DNA of 64,000 nt, taken from assembly GCA_004431415.1 (NCBI GenBank), contig QPMI01000514.1, forward strand, positions 310,001 through 374,000, given 5' to 3'. The stretch is from Cyanophora paradoxa CCMP329 (taxonomy: Eukaryota; Plantae; Glaucophyta). Under the pieces are notes generated by a model. It did no database searches. It was not told the origin of the DNA and was given only the letters and a program-made list of their open reading frames with translations. Positions 37,397 to 50,204 of this stretch are shown piece after piece. Position numbers and translations under genes: made by a program. Within the stretch, counting starts at the first letter, position 1; every line of letters starts with the position of its first letter.

Positions 37397-39329
37397 TTAT
37401 CGATGCGGGAAGACGATGAGGCCGATGTCTGGCCGCGTCCGGAGCATGCCGTCCAGCGCCTTCTGCGCCTCCTCCACCAGCTTCTTCGTCACGTGCACCT
37501 GCAGCCGGCGGCGTCGATCGGGGAGCGGAGGGGGGTACGGGGGACGGGCTGACCGCGAGGTCGTAGGCGGTGCCGTTGCGCGGGCCGCGGGCGAGGGCCG
37601 CGAAGGGGTCGAGGGCCCGCAGGCTCCGGGACTTGATCCGGTTCCTGAAGGAGGCGCACGCGAGCTTCGGGCCGCCCCGCCCGGCCTCCTGCCCGCGCGT
37701 CAGCTCCGCGGCGGTACGGACGAGCGGGAGCACCTCGAAGAGCTCGGCAGATGGCTGGCCGCACTCGACGGCGAGCTGCGTGAGGAGGGGCCGCGCGGCG
37801 CGGACGAGGGCGGCCAGCGCGGGGCCGTCCAGCTCGGGGCCCTCGGCGGTCAGCCTCAGCTCCTCAAGGTGCGCCGCCCGCGCCAGCGCCGCCGCGGCAG
37901 CAAGGAAGGCCTCCCTGCCCTCGTCGGGGCCGGCACCCTGCGCGCGTGTGGGCCGCCGCGTCGACGGCCGAAGGCAGTGGGCGGGCGGCGGACGTCGAAA
38001 TAGAGGGTGAGGTGCCTCAGGCTCTCGATGCCGGCGATGCCGTCGAGAAGCGGCGCCGAGCGGTGGCTGAGCTGCGCGCGAGGGATTAGGGGTGAAAGAG
38101 ACGAGCGGCGGACACACGGGCGCACGCCGATGGTGAGGCTCCGGAGCCCGCTCAGCTTGGAGATGCTGGCCGGCCCGCCGCAGCCGAAGACGAAGGGCCG
38201 CCGGACGTGCGCCAGGCTGTGGCGGAGGAGGTAGGGGACCGGCTCGTGGTGCACGAACGCGAGGCTGCGGAGCCTGGCGGCGCCGGGGCCCGCGGCGAGG
38301 GCCGCAAGGAGGGGCTCCAGGATCGACGTAAGGAGGCCGGAGTCGACGTCGGGGTCCGCTGACACGCGGAGCTCCTCGAGGTGGGCGAGGCGCGCGAGCG
38401 GGAGGAGCGCCGAGCCCGGCGGCCGCTCCGAGTAGCGGTGCGTCGCCACCGCGAGCCAGTGGGGGTACACGCCGAACGAGAGCGAGCGGAGCTCCGGCCA
38501 CGCCTGCGCGATGCGCTCCTGCCGGGGCGTCAGAGCGGCTGGGCGGAGCCGTCGGCGGGGCGGGATGCACCGAGTCGGCGGGGTTCAGAGCGACGCGGCT
38601 GATCTCGCGGCTGTCGATCGCGAGCGTGCGGACGGTCGCGCAGGGCAGCAGGGCGGAGAGGGCCGACGAGGCGAAGTCGGCGGAGGACTGCGCGCCGGCC
38701 GCGAGCTGCTCGGGCTGCGAGGGCCAGCCGGGCTGGTAACCGAGATTGAAGCGCTCCCTCGAGAAGCTCACCTCCTCCAGCGGCACGGGCGCCCCCGCAA
38801 GCGCGGAGATCAAATCTGCGGGCGAGGCCGGATCAGATCGAACCGGACAGGTGTGGCCGGTCCGCGCACCCTTCAGCGCGCCGCGGCACTCGTTCAGAGC
38901 GTCGACCTTCGCCTTGTCCATCTTGCGCATGTCAACGCCCACCGGGCTAATCGCCAGGCGGCGGACGCCCCGCATCGTGCCACGCCGCACACGCTCCGCC
39001 ATCCGCCGCAGCTCCTTTCCACCGGACCGCGAGTCGGGCAATCTGGGCGCCGCGTTGGACAGGGGGAAGACAAATGTCTCGTGTTCCGGATCCCCGCCGC
39101 CGATGCGCAGGCACTTCCACTCCACGCTGCTGCAGAGGCGCCGGAAGCGTCGGTCAAGTTTCCAGAGCTTGCTGCATTCGAATGCGTCGAGCGCCTCGAG
39201 CTCGCTGAAGATGCGGAGCACGATCTCATCGGGCAGGTGCTCGAACGGGTTGGGCTGCTCGCTGCCCGCGCTGGCCGCCGCCGCCTCCAAGCGAGGGCGC
39301 TTCAGATCTCTGTCCAAAAGCGATGTCAT
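37397..39329 (-). CDS. F-box protein with degenerate LRR-like repeats, multi-exon
   Basis: NPFEHLPDEIVLRIFSEL...LWKLDRRFRRLCSSVEW is an F-box. LRR-like segments LAHLEELRVS, LSGLRSLTIG, HLEELRLT. Last exon ...IGLIVFPHR* (TAA at 37397-37399). Confidence 0.85.
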
Positions 39330-39844
39330 CGCACTGCGTGGCCGCAGCGGGGAACTTGTGGTTGCGGGATCTCAACTGCGCATGCCAACGACGACCGACG
39401 AAGCAGCACGAGCTGCCGAGCGCTGGATGCACTAGATCCAGCGCTACTGCGCTACTGCTGAACTCCTACGCCGCGCTCGCTTCGCGCTGCTTGCGTCTCG
39501 CTGCCAGCGGGCTCAGAGCGGGTCCCGGGGCGAAGCCAGAGGGCCGGACGAACCAGTTTGCGAGCAGTAAGCCTTGAAGCCGGGACGCCGAGATGGCCCC
39601 CAGAAGGCGGCAAGGCCGCCGCTCGCGGTCGGGGGTACGCGGCGCGGCCCGAGGGAGTTGGGCAAGAATTCGAATTCGAAACTCTCTCGGCACCCAGCGC
39701 CGGCCTGGGGCACTGCTGCGCGGAGCAGTGCGTAGGTAACACTTGGGATCAGGTGCGGGCACTCCACGAGCAGCGCTAGGCCCGCGCCAGCTCCGTCCTA
39801 TCACGGGCTGCTGGCTGACGCTGTGCGCCGTCAGCAGGGGCGCA

Positions 39845-41703
39845 ATGGCCTCGAACGGATCGCGGAAGCGCGCCCGGCAGCCAGCAGCAGCAGCGGGCGA
39901 CGCGAACGCTGATGACGAGAACCCGTTTGATATGCTGCCCGATGACCTCGTGCTCCGCATCCTCAGCGAGCTCGAGGCGACGTCGGCTTACACACGCCGG
40001 CTCTGGGCGGTCGACAAGCGGTTCCGTCGGCTGCTCGGCAGCGTCGAGTGGCGGGAGCTGCGAATCCATGAGGCTCAGGGCAGGCTCAGCGCGTCCGACG
40101 CCCTGGAGCGCCCCCGGAAGCAAGCGGAGTTTGTGCGCGGGATGGCGGAGCGGCTGCGCCGCGGGGAGATGCGGGGCGCCCGGCGCCTCGTGATCCGGGT
40201 GGCCAGCGTGTATGACTGCGGGCTTTCGCCCGACAACGTCGCTGTGCTGGAGTTCCGAAACGCGGTGAAGGGTGCGCTGACCGACCCCGCGCCCCTGCGC
40301 CGAACTCACGCGCCGGCCGTCCAGATTTGATCGCCGCGCTCGCGGGCGCCGCTACGCCGCTGGAGCAAGCGACGTTCTTGCCGGCGAGAGCGGGCAATCG
40401 TTTTGCGCATGGCGATCCCGGAGAGTACCTGGCCTCCCTGCTGAGCGACCTGCGGCCGTGCACGGCCCTTCGCACCCTGACCATCGAGTGCCGCCTCATG
40501 TGGGACGCCCTCGGTCGTGCCCCCCCGCAGAGCTTCCCTCCATCCGTCCGCGAGCTGCGTGCGAAGAGCGTGCGCGGCTTTTTGTTGAGTGCGCCCAGTT
40601 CCGACTCGCCGTCTGACCGCGTTCCCAGACCCGCTGGACCGATTTCGTGCGCGTTGCCCGTCCTTTGAAGATTTTCGGCTGATCCTTTGCTCAGGCCCGG
40701 ATGGCTCGGCTGTCGCCCGGCCTCCGCTCAGTCCACCTCCAGCAGCTCTCCACCTCTGACGGGCTGATGGCCGGCCTCCCCGAGTGCAGCCAGCTGGCCG
40801 CCGTCGAGCTGGTCTGCAACGACAGCATTTGGAGGGAGGAGCCCCTCGTCCTGCGCCGCACCGCCCACTCGGCCCTCCTCGAGCTCCCGATGCTCCACAC
40901 CCTCGCCATCGGCGTTCGTCCTTCCTCCCTCCCTCATCCATCCTCATTCTGAGCGGGCCCGTCCGCAGATCGACGCGTCGTCCGCGCCACTCCTGGACGG
41001 CATCGCCGCCGCCGCCCGCCTGCGGACCCTCAAGCTCCGCGTCGAGGTCCGATCTACCCGCTCCTTCGGTCTTCGCTCCGCTCACGGTCGCAGATCGAGG
41101 ATGTGCGGACCGAGCCCGACGAGGGGATCAGCGGCGGCCCGCTCCTCCGCGCGGCGGCGTCGGCCCTCGAGCGCGCAACGCAGCTCGAGGAGCTTCAGCT
41201 GAGCGTCTTCTCGAGCACGAGAACCCGCGGGCTCGACTGCGGGGCGCTGGCCGCCCTCGTCCGCGCCGCGCGGCCCCTCCTCACGCAGCTCGCCGTCGAA
41301 TGCGCCCTCCCATCCGCCGAGCTCATCGAGGTGCTCTCCGTTCCCTTCCGTTTGTTCGCAGGGCGAACTGACCGGGCCGCAGGAGATCGCCGCGGGCGGC
41401 CCGAAGCTGCGGCGGGTCTACCTGCGGCACCCCCTGCGGCACCCCGCGGCCCAGCCGGGCCTCGATGCCCTCGACGCCTTCTCGGCCCTCGCCCGCGCCC
41501 CTGCCGGCGTCCGGTACCAGCTCGCGGTAACCCCCCTCCCCCCCTCCCCCCCCTTCCCCCGCGCGCCATTCACCCGCCGGGACCTGACGTGCTCAGCTCA
41601 GGTCCTCGTGCGACGGGAGCTGGTGGGCAAGGCGCGCTGGGCCCTCCGGCGCCGCGTCGTGCCCCTGCCGAGCCCCGTCCGGGTCGCCGTCGAGGAGCTC
41701 TGA
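39845..41703 (+). CDS. F-box protein with degenerate LRR-like repeats, multi-exon; divergently transcribed paralogue of 37397-39329
   Basis: NPFDMLPDDLVLRILSEL...LWAVDKRFRRLLGSVEW. Shares MAERLRRGEMRGARRL, PLLDGIA and ALAALVRAARPLLTQLAVEC with its neighbour. Ends VAVEEL*. Confidence 0.85.
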
Positions 41704-42139
41704 GCGGCGGCCCGAGCCTCGAGCCATGTGTATACGTACGCGTGTACATATACCGGTGTCATTAAGTCACGAATTCGAAAAGGCGAGAATCGTAACACAT
41801 AGCTATAGGCTACGTACGTAGGCGGAACGTCTCATGATCAGACTATCTCATGATCAGCCTGGCAGCGCGCGCCGGATTTGGCTAGCCGTAAATTGGCCCG
41901 TATACGTATACGTAATCACCATTGCCGTATACGTATACGTAACATCCGAGACGTCGACAGCACATGATCATGACTCATGATCAGTGAGCTCGAGGCGTCC
42001 TCGCTCGCCGAATATGTAATCGTGCTTCGAATTCGGAGAGATCTAGAGTCCGGCCGCGGAATTCTCCCACGCGGGTTCGAAGCCATGTGCGTTCGCACTG
42101 CCCGGGCTCCCGCCAGAGTCGAACCGCGGGGTTCGTATC

Positions 42140-42211
42140 GGCTGCTTGGTCTAGGGGTATGATTCTTGCTTCGGGTGCAAGAGGTCGTGGGTTCGATTCC
42201 CGCAGCAGCCC
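42140..42211 (+). tRNA. trnP-CGG: tRNA-Pro(CGG)
   Basis: 72-nt cloverleaf: acceptor GGCTGCT/AGCAGCC, D-arm TGGTCTAGGGGTATGAT typical of eukaryotic tRNA-Pro, anticodon arm CTTGC-TTCGGGT-GCAAG (CGG at 42172-42174), T-arm GTGGG-TTCGATT-CCCGC. Confidence 0.97.
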
Positions 42212-43298
42212 AGCCCATGTCGAGGATATCGATGGCGAGAATTTCGGCCTTAAGCTTGCAGCTACCGCCGCCTAGCGATGTACGGATCATGTACCGGTAG
42301 CTCGGCCGCCTCGGCGCCGGATATTGATTTGGCTTGGAGCACAGGGTCGCAGGCGCCGGCGGACGTCGAACGTCAACTCTAGATCTGTCTCCTACGTTTA
42401 AATTAATTTCGTAGCTAAAGCAAAAGGCCTCTTCGAAATCCGGGGCCGATGATCGATATCGTCTTGCAATTAATATTGTTCAACGCGAAAACGTACGGTT
42501 AACGTTGTTCCTCTTAAGCTTACTTGTCGACGTCTGCTTGGAGACTGCTTCTTAAAGCTTGTGGTTAAATATTTATCTTTCTCATGATCACTTCGATTCG
42601 CGATCATCGGATCGAATTCGATTCTGTGTTCCTGTTCATTTTCGTGCTCTTGTTCATTTAGAGCAGCTACAGCTTGGCTTTGTATCTTTCATCGCAGCTA
42701 TTCTCAACTGCAACCTCAGTTTGGATAGTCCACACGTGCAGGGCCACACACGAGACATAGATCTGTTCGATTTCTCGTCTCTTCTCGATCTGTCTCGAGC
42801 TCTGTGTCTTTTCTTTTTTATTGTCGATTTTGGCTCTTTGTCTTATCTTTCTTCGTGCTCTTGTCTTAGTTATTTTGCTTTTTTGTCTTTATGCCCCCTG
42901 GGCAGCCCCCGCAGTGCTGGTGTCTAGAGACTGTGGCCGGTAATTCACCAAAAAAAAAAAGACATAAGCATACTGCTGATTTAGCTGTTGAAAAAGTCGT
43001 GAACTCTAAGAAGTAAACAGAAAGAAAAAGCCATCGATCGAAAGAAGCTCAAGAGACCAGGAGCGAACTAGCTGCGGATGGCGCGCACTACGCAGTCCCC
43101 CGCTTATTACTAAGTTATATAATTAGTAGAACAGAGATCTAGAAGCGGGATAATTATAAGACGATAACTGAACGTCGATACCGATAGGTCTTACTAGTTA
43201 CTTATATAAAACTAGTCACGAAAGAGGATCACTTCCAGAAATCCTCGAAAGAAGACTCCGAAGGAAAGCCCTCGAGCTCTTCTGAGGGAGAGGCGGCA

Positions 43299-45730
43299 CT
43301 AGGACTCCCCCAGGGCGTCTCGCAGCGTGTCCACGACGTGCTCGGGGGGTACGCGCCACTCCGGGTCGTCGTACCTGCCCCCGGGGATGGGCACGAGGTA
43401 GTAGGGCAGGCCGCAGGCGCCCGCTGCGTAGTACTCGAACTGCAACCAGTGCGCATCGGTACCCAGGAGCTCCACCACCTGAGAATAGCACCGTGGACGG
43501 CGGATCGGACCGACGCCGTGGGAGAGCTGGTGGCGGGCCGGGGCGCAGCTCACCGCCGTGCGGTTGCGCGCGAAGAACATGTTCAGCAGGCCGCTACCGG
43601 CTGCGAGCGAAGTCGTCAGGGGCACGCCGCCCGAGGGGCGCCGGCCCGGGGCGGGCGGGGGGACGGAGTGGCATGCCGGGGCCTATGATGGCGCGCGCTG
43701 CACGGAACAAGGCCAGGCTGCGCCGCGGCTGTGTTTAGATTCCAAGTCCAATCTCGAGACCTCGAATCTGAGCGCGGACCTCGAGGCGAAGGTGTACCCC
43801 TCGCCGGTGAAGCGGACGACGCGCCAGCGCGGGGCGGGGAACGCCGCCTGCACGGCCGACAGCACCTCCGCTTCGTTCGCGAGTACACGCTGCGCCGAGA
43901 TCGTCGGCGGCGGCAGGTGTGTGTGTGTGGGGGGGGGGGGGGGGGGGGGGAGAGATAGGGGGGGGGGGGGAAGAGGGGAGCGGGGGTGGCGCGGGAGGTT
44001 AGCAAGGTGTACCTTGTCGGGGTGGTCCCGCGCGGTTCCCGTCGCCTGCGGGAGCGTGAGCCGGAGACAGCAAACGGCGATCCGGAGCAGCGGCCGCGCG
44101 CGCCTCCTCGGCGCGCGAGTAGAAGACGATCGTGTTGTTCGCGTGGGGTACGTCGCCCGGATCGTACGGCACGGCCTGCAGGGAGGGGGGGGGGGGGGGG
44201 GTTGGCGGCGGCCGAGGGAGAGGGCGGTGGGTCGGGGCGGGGCGGCGCCTCGTCTGCGAAGCGGCGCAGGAGGGCCACGGTCTCCCGCGCGGGGGCCCGC
44301 CCCATGTACATCCCCTGCACGCCCCGCCCCGTCGCCGAGCAGGGGCGGCGAGAGGGGAGGGGTCGGTGGGGGGTTGGGGGGGGGGGAGGTACGGCGCACG
44401 ACGTCGTAGAGGGCGGCGCGGAGGGTACGCGCGCGGTACGCGACGGTGATGTTCGGCTCGAGGATCTCGTGGGCGCCTAGGCCGAGCAGCGCGAAGATCT
44501 CCTGCGGGGGGCGCGGGTGAGGCGAGGGGCGAGGGACGAAGGAAGGAACGGAGCGGCGCACGCGGAGGAAGGGACGGGACTTGGCGGGCACGCCCGGCGC
44601 GTTGTTGTACTCCGCTGTGGCGAAGCGGCGTCGGCGTGCGCGTGGGCGCGGGGCGCGGGCGGGGCGGGCGGGGCGCACGGTCGACGATGGCGAACTTGAA
44701 CTCGGGGTCGTGCTGGACGAAGGGGCGGAGGAGGAGGAGCTTGGGGAGGACGTCCAGCAGGAAGTGCCCGTACGCGTTCCCCCAGTCTGAGCCCCAGCGC
44801 CCGTCAGCCCGGCCCCCGGCCCCCGGCCCGCGGCGAGCGGCGGGCGGCGGGCGGCGCGCATGTGACGACTGAGGCGAGCTTGTCGACGGGCTGGATGCAG
44901 GGCCGGAAGGGCGGGACGAGCATCCGATCCGCGTCGGGGTCGTGGAAGGTCGGCGCAAAGTACACCGCATCGAAATCGTACGGAATCCCCTGCGCGGCAG
45001 CTCGATTCAGCGCGGTGCGGCCCGCTGGCGGGCGGGGGGGCGAGCGGCGCGCTCGCCTGGTTATCCTGCGAGAGCGGCGAGCGAGTCGGAGGCCGGCCGG
45101 CCGGCGGCGGGCGGGCGGGCAGGGCGGTTCACGAGGTAGCAATCGTTGCACTCGATAACCATCATCTGCTTCACGCCGGCGTGCTTGTACGGCTCCCGCG
45201 GCGTGCGGCGCTGCGGGAAGTACGACGCGCCAGAATAGAACTCCTGCGCGGGCCGTCGGGAGGCGAGCGCGCCACGCGAGGCGCCGCGAACGCGCCTCCC
45301 ACGCCGGCATCATGCTACGGAACTCCGGCCGGCTCGCGGGAACCCGCGGCGGCGGGTGGGCGAAGGTGCTGAAGTTAATCTCCGCAAGCCGCCGGGGCGT
45401 TCCGGTGCGCGAGCGGCGGATCGGAAGGCACTCCGGTACTGCGCATGCATCCGTACGTCGACCTCGGGCGCGCGGCGGCGTCGGGCGAGGGAGTAACGCA
45501 CGCGGGTGTGGCCCGTCATCCCCTAGGTGGCAGAGCGCCTCCATCTCCGCGCCTCCGTGCTCCCTGCAGGTAGAACACATTGCTTCCTTCTCGCGTGACG
45601 TGTCGGGGAAGCCATGGCGCTGATCGCGCGACACGGAGCCCGCTGGGCAGGTGCCTCCGACGGCCCGCGCAGCCAGGAGCATCACGGCCAGCGCCGCAAG
45701 CCAGCGGCGGGCCGCGCATGCGTGCGTCAT
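43299..45730 (-). CDS. Glycosyltransferase family 61 (DUF563-type), with N-terminal signal peptide/anchor, multi-exon
   Basis: RRWLAALAVMLLAARAVG leader; WGNAYGHFLLDVLPKL; IVFYSR; RVLANEAEVL; FRAARAIIGPH|GSGLLNMFF; VVELL; YYAAGACGLPY. These are GT61 signature motifs. Confidence 0.9.
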
Positions 45731-45843
45731 CTCCACCTTCGCATCCCTGAAGGCCGGCCCAACCCCAGGCCAGGTTAATTAACTCTACCCCCCCAGATGG
45801 ACTAAGCATTGGACTTCTTTAGCTAGCGAGCTAGCCGAGCGGT

Positions 45844-48706
45844 ATGGACCCCGCGCCCCAGCCAGAGGAGGACCCGTACCTCGATAAGAGGTGCGCCGGC
45901 CTGCGCGAGCCGCGCTAGCAACCCGCTGCAACAGCGCACCCCGCTCCCTTGCCTTGTAGCTAGCATGCAACAACTTCTTTGTGCGCTGAGCCGCTTTGCC
46001 GATACAGGTGCCGGGACTTCGGGTGGCTCCTGCTGCTCGCCGCTTATTCGGCGGGCTTGCTAGTGATCCTAGCGCTGGCATTCGCTCGGGGAAACCCGGC
46101 GGCGCTGCTGTATCCCACGGACAGCGCCGGCAACCTCTGCGGCTGGTCACCCGGCTACGAGGCCTTCCGCTCCGTGCACTATGTCTTTCCCTCCGACCTC
46201 TCCCGGCGCATCTGCGTCACTGCCTGCCCCGAATCCTTCTCCCTCCCTTCCGCCACCACGACGGTGCGCCCCAGCCGCAGCCCTGCCCCGGAGCCGCGCC
46301 GCCGCCGCGATTTGATCCGCGGCCCGCGCGCGCGCGCATGCAGAGCCTGGCGGAGCTGACGCTCTGCTCGCCGTCCTTCGACGCGCGGGCGCAGTGGGGC
46401 GGCTGCCCCGCGACCGCGCTCCGCGCCGTCCGCTACAGCGCCGCTGAGGCGTCGGCCTTCGCCAGCGGGGCCGGCGCGGCGCCCCTGGAGCGGCTGCGCG
46501 CCGCCTGCCCCGCGACGGGCGCCTCGCTGCAGGCGAGCTTCGAGCGGGGCGCTTGCGGCGTGCCGTTCCGCACCGTGAACGTCTTCGGGGTCTGCGTGCC
46601 GGCCGTGGACCCGACGGGCCTCAGCGCGGTCTCCCCCGAGGCGGCGCGCCCCGTGTACGCCGCCCTCAACGACCCCGGCTACCGCCTGCTGCGCTACCAG
46701 TCCGACCTCGTCGCCGCGTACCCCGTCATGGTGCGCCCCGCTGCCCCGCCGCCCCCGCTCGGCGCCGCCGACGCGGGGCGGGGCGGGGCAGCTGGTGACG
46801 GGCCTGGCGGGGCCGGCGGGGCTGGGGCGGCGTGGCTGCTGCTGGCGCGGGGGCGCCGGGCTGCTCCTGCCCGCCTCGGCGGCGACGCTGCTGGCGTCGC
46901 TCGCCGCCCTCTCCCTCCTCTTCTTCCACCGCGCGGGGCGCCTCGGCGGCCAGGACGCCGCCACGGCCGCCTCCGCCTCCCTGCGCGCCGCGAGCCTCGG
47001 CGTCGAGCCGGCCGCCCTCGGCGCACCCGACCCCACCGCCGAGCTCTCCAGGGCCGCGGAGGGCCTCGGCTGGGCCTGCGCCGCCCTGGGGGCCCTCCTC
47101 GGCGCCCTCTGCGCCCTCCTCGCCCGCCGCGCCCGCGTCGCCTCCGGCGTCGCCGCCGAGGTCGCCGCCGCCCTCTCCGCCCTCCCCCGCGCCCTCCTCT
47201 ACCCCCTCGCCACCGCCGCCGCCCAGCTCCTGCTCTGGACCTGCGGCGCCGCCGTGCTCCTCTGGCTCCTCGGAGCCGGCTCGCACAGCAATGGGGGTAG
47301 GGGCTTCGAGTTCGACGACCCGACCCGTGGAGCTGCAATCTACCTCCTTCTCGGCCTCTTTTGGTACCCCCCCCCCTCCCCCCACCCCCCCGCGCCTTGG
47401 CCGCAGGACCCCGGCCCCCTTCCCCTTCTTGAGTCCCCTGCAGGCTCGCGCTCTTCCTGGACGGGGTGGGGGAGTGCGCCCTGGGGGGTACATTCGCCGC
47501 GTACTATTTCACCCGCGACAAGGCACTCCCCTCCCTCCCCCCCCCACCGCCCTCCTGACGCCCGTACCCCTCTCCCAGGACGCGGTGAAGCAGCCGCCGG
47601 TGCTGGGGACGCTGTGGCGGACGCTGCGGCTCCACGCCGGCTCCGTCGCGCTGGCCTCGCTGGCCCTGTACCCCCTCATCGCCCTGCGCGCTGCCACCGG
47701 CGCGATCGCGCGGCGGGCGACCGCCGCCACCGGAGGGCCGGTGCGCCTTCCCGCGCTGTGCCGCACCCCCGCGCCGCCCCGCCCCGGCTGAGGGAGCGGG
47801 GGGCCAGTGGCGGTGGGCGGCGCGGGGCCTGCGGCGCTGCCTCGCCTGGCACGAGTCCCACCTCCAGTACCTCTCCCGCCGCGCCTACGTCATGGTGCCC
47901 CTGGCCCCGCCCCCCGCCTTTCACCCCGCCCCGCGTCCCCTTGAGCTCACGAGTACCCGGCAGATGGCCATCGAGGGGTACGGCTTCTGGCGATCCGCGC
48001 GGGACGCCCACGCCGTGGTGCGCGGGGCGCCTGGCCTGCAGCCGGGAAGCAATCGACTGGCCTGACAAGGTTCGCGCTTCGGTACCCCAGGTGGCGCACT
48101 ACAAGGGGTACGTCTCGCCGATCAGCAACACGGCGGACGGGCTCGTGCTCCTAGGTGCCCCCCTTCTCCCCCACCCTACCCCGGGAGCCGACGCCGACTC
48201 GCCCGCAGCGAAAGTGGCGCTGGCGACCGCGTGTGGGGCCGGCTGCTGCGCGTGGCTGACCCTGGACCGCGCGTTCGACCCGACGTGGGGGGCCCGCCCC
48301 GTCGCCAGCCCGCTGCTCCCCGTCCTCGTCCGCCCCCACCCCCGCCCGCGCCGGCCCGCCTCCTCGGGGGGCGGCGCCGGCTGAAGGCGGCCTCGCGCCG
48401 GCAGCTCGTCTGGGTGGCCGCCTACTCCATCGCCTCCGCCGTCATCTCCGTCTTCGCCATGGCCACGGTGCCGCCCCCGCCCCCGACCCGACCCGACCCG
48501 ACCCGCCCGCCCCCTCACGCGGCCGGCGCGGCGCGGGGCGGGGCGGGCAGAGCGTGATCCTCTTCTGCGCGTGCGTGGACCTGGACCGCAACAACGGCGT
48601 GGACCGCCCCTACTACGCCTCCCACCGCCTCCAGCAGTTCCTCCTCGACACGCAGCTCGCCGCCCTCCGGCCCCGCGGCAACGGCAAGGTCTACCAGGTC
48701 CCCTAG
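45844..48706 (+). CDS. Choline transporter-like protein (CTL/SLC44 family), multi-exon
   Basis: KR|CRDFGWLLLL...GNPAALLYPTDSAGNLCG, RRICVTACP, LRLHAGSVALASL, AYVM|MAIEGYGFW, and ILFCACVDLDRNNGVDRPYYASHRL match the CTL family. Stop TAG at 48704-48706. Confidence 0.93.
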
Positions 48707-49176
48707 CTCGGCCAGCCACCCGCGCGTCTTAGATAGCTTAAGCTGAAGGGAAGTTCTAATTTAAAACGATACCATAATTACCGCGTATCTTACATAGCTT
48801 AAGCTGAAGTGAAGTCCTAGCGCGCGCCGCTCTTGGCCTTTAAATTTGCATACGCAATTGCGACATATCTTGACATATCTTCGCCCTATCGGTATCGGTT
48901 TTTGGGATGCCGCAGTGCGCGCTGGCGCTCATGATCATGGCGTAGAGCCCATTTTGCGCAATCAAGTGAGCATTATATAATTACATGGAAAAATTAAAGA
49001 ATATACAAATCAAATGCAAGCAAAAAAGTACAGCGAAAAGGAAAGAAAGAAAGTACATAAACAAATTTAATGCAGCCGTGAAGGAGGAAAGGTGCTGGCC
49101 TAGGAGAAATTGAAGTGGAGGGGCGCCCGGCGCCAGCGGAGTGCGGAAGTGACGGCCGCGGAAGAGCGAGTCGCGG

Positions 49177-50204
49177 CTAGCGCTGCGGTTCGCTGGCGGA
49201 TGCCTGGGCGCTGAAGAAGTTGCAGGCGACGGGTCGGAGGCCGTGCTGCTCCGCAAAGTCCCGCGCCTTGAAGCCGCAGCGCGACTCGGGGAGCTGCACG
49301 CCCTCCAGGCGCCCCGCCTGCGCCCCGCCGGATCAAATCCGCGCCCGCCCGCGGATCGAATTCGGATCGAGGAGAGAGCGCGGGACCTGCTCGAAGAGCG
49401 CGAAGACGTAGCGGTGGGGGCCCGTGCCCTCGGGCGGGGTCGGCCCCGCGTACTGCGTCAGGACGTCGCCCGTGGAAAGGTCGGAGCCCCGCACGTTCAC
49501 CACGATCCAGTGCCGCCTGCAGGCCGCGTCGCGTCAGCTAGAGAGGCCTGCCCCGTGGGAGCTCGAGAGCCCGGCGCGCCACTCTCCGCAACGTGGATTG
49601 CTGTGAGAAGGAGCGTCCGGATCACTCATTACGAGCTGCGGGCCCAAAGAAGGCGCACAGCGGTCAGCCGCGGTACCGGCGGGCGCAGCAGCATGCGCAG
49701 CCGCGGCCGCTAACCGTGTATAGCTTGCTTGCGTCGCCGGCCCAGCTCACGGAGGGCTGACTGCTAGCCTGCGACGGAGCGAAAGCGTTGCCACCGTTGA
49801 CGTCCAGCGCGCCTGTATGCGCGTGGGTGAACGTGAGGAGAAGCTTATCAGCTAGAGGTGAACGCCGCCCGCGCCTCCCCAGGGACGCACCCGACGACGA
49901 TGGCATCCTCGGCGCCCACGCCCGTCGCGTCCGCACTGGCGAGCTCACAGCGAGGGAGAGAGACGGCTGGAAGCCGGTCGGGAGGACAGAGCTGGCGATT
50001 GTGCTGTCCTCGTACGCATCTTTGAAGCAGTGGTTGGCGGCGTCGACGCTCTCCGCAGCGGTCACCTCGAGCTCATCGACGTACCGGCATCGCTCGCGTC
50101 CGTGAGGCTACAGAGCTCATCTGCGGCTGCAGCTGCGAATGCGGCCTCCGATCCCACCTCAGCCATTGAGGAACTTCGCGCTATACCCCCCAAGGGGCTC
50201 CGCA
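49177..50204 (-). CDS. Phosphatidylethanolamine-binding protein (PEBP; RKIP/FT/TFL1 superfamily), multi-exon; start codon uncertain
   Basis: Spliced QPSVSWAGDASKLYT|LVMSDPDAPSHSNPRCGEW|RHWIVVNVRGSDLSTGDVLTQYAGPTPPEGTGPHRYVFALFEQ|...RCGFKARDFAEQHGLRPVACNFFSAQ contains the DPDAP and GxHRY motifs. Confidence 0.92.

Noticed and set aside
39666-39680. Heat-shock element in the F-box divergent promoter
   Set aside because: GAATTCGAATTCGAA has period 6 and does not fit the nGAAnnTTCn period-5 spacing. It belongs to the double-palindrome repeat class.
42890-42975. Second retroposon ending in an A-tract at ~42949-42960
   Set aside because: No target-site duplication, no Pol III boxes and no similarity to the SINE at 2044.
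48720-48820. Repeat array after the CTL gene (ATAGCTTAAGCTGAAG x2)
   Set aside because: A simple two-copy ~62-bp local duplication with no further structure.
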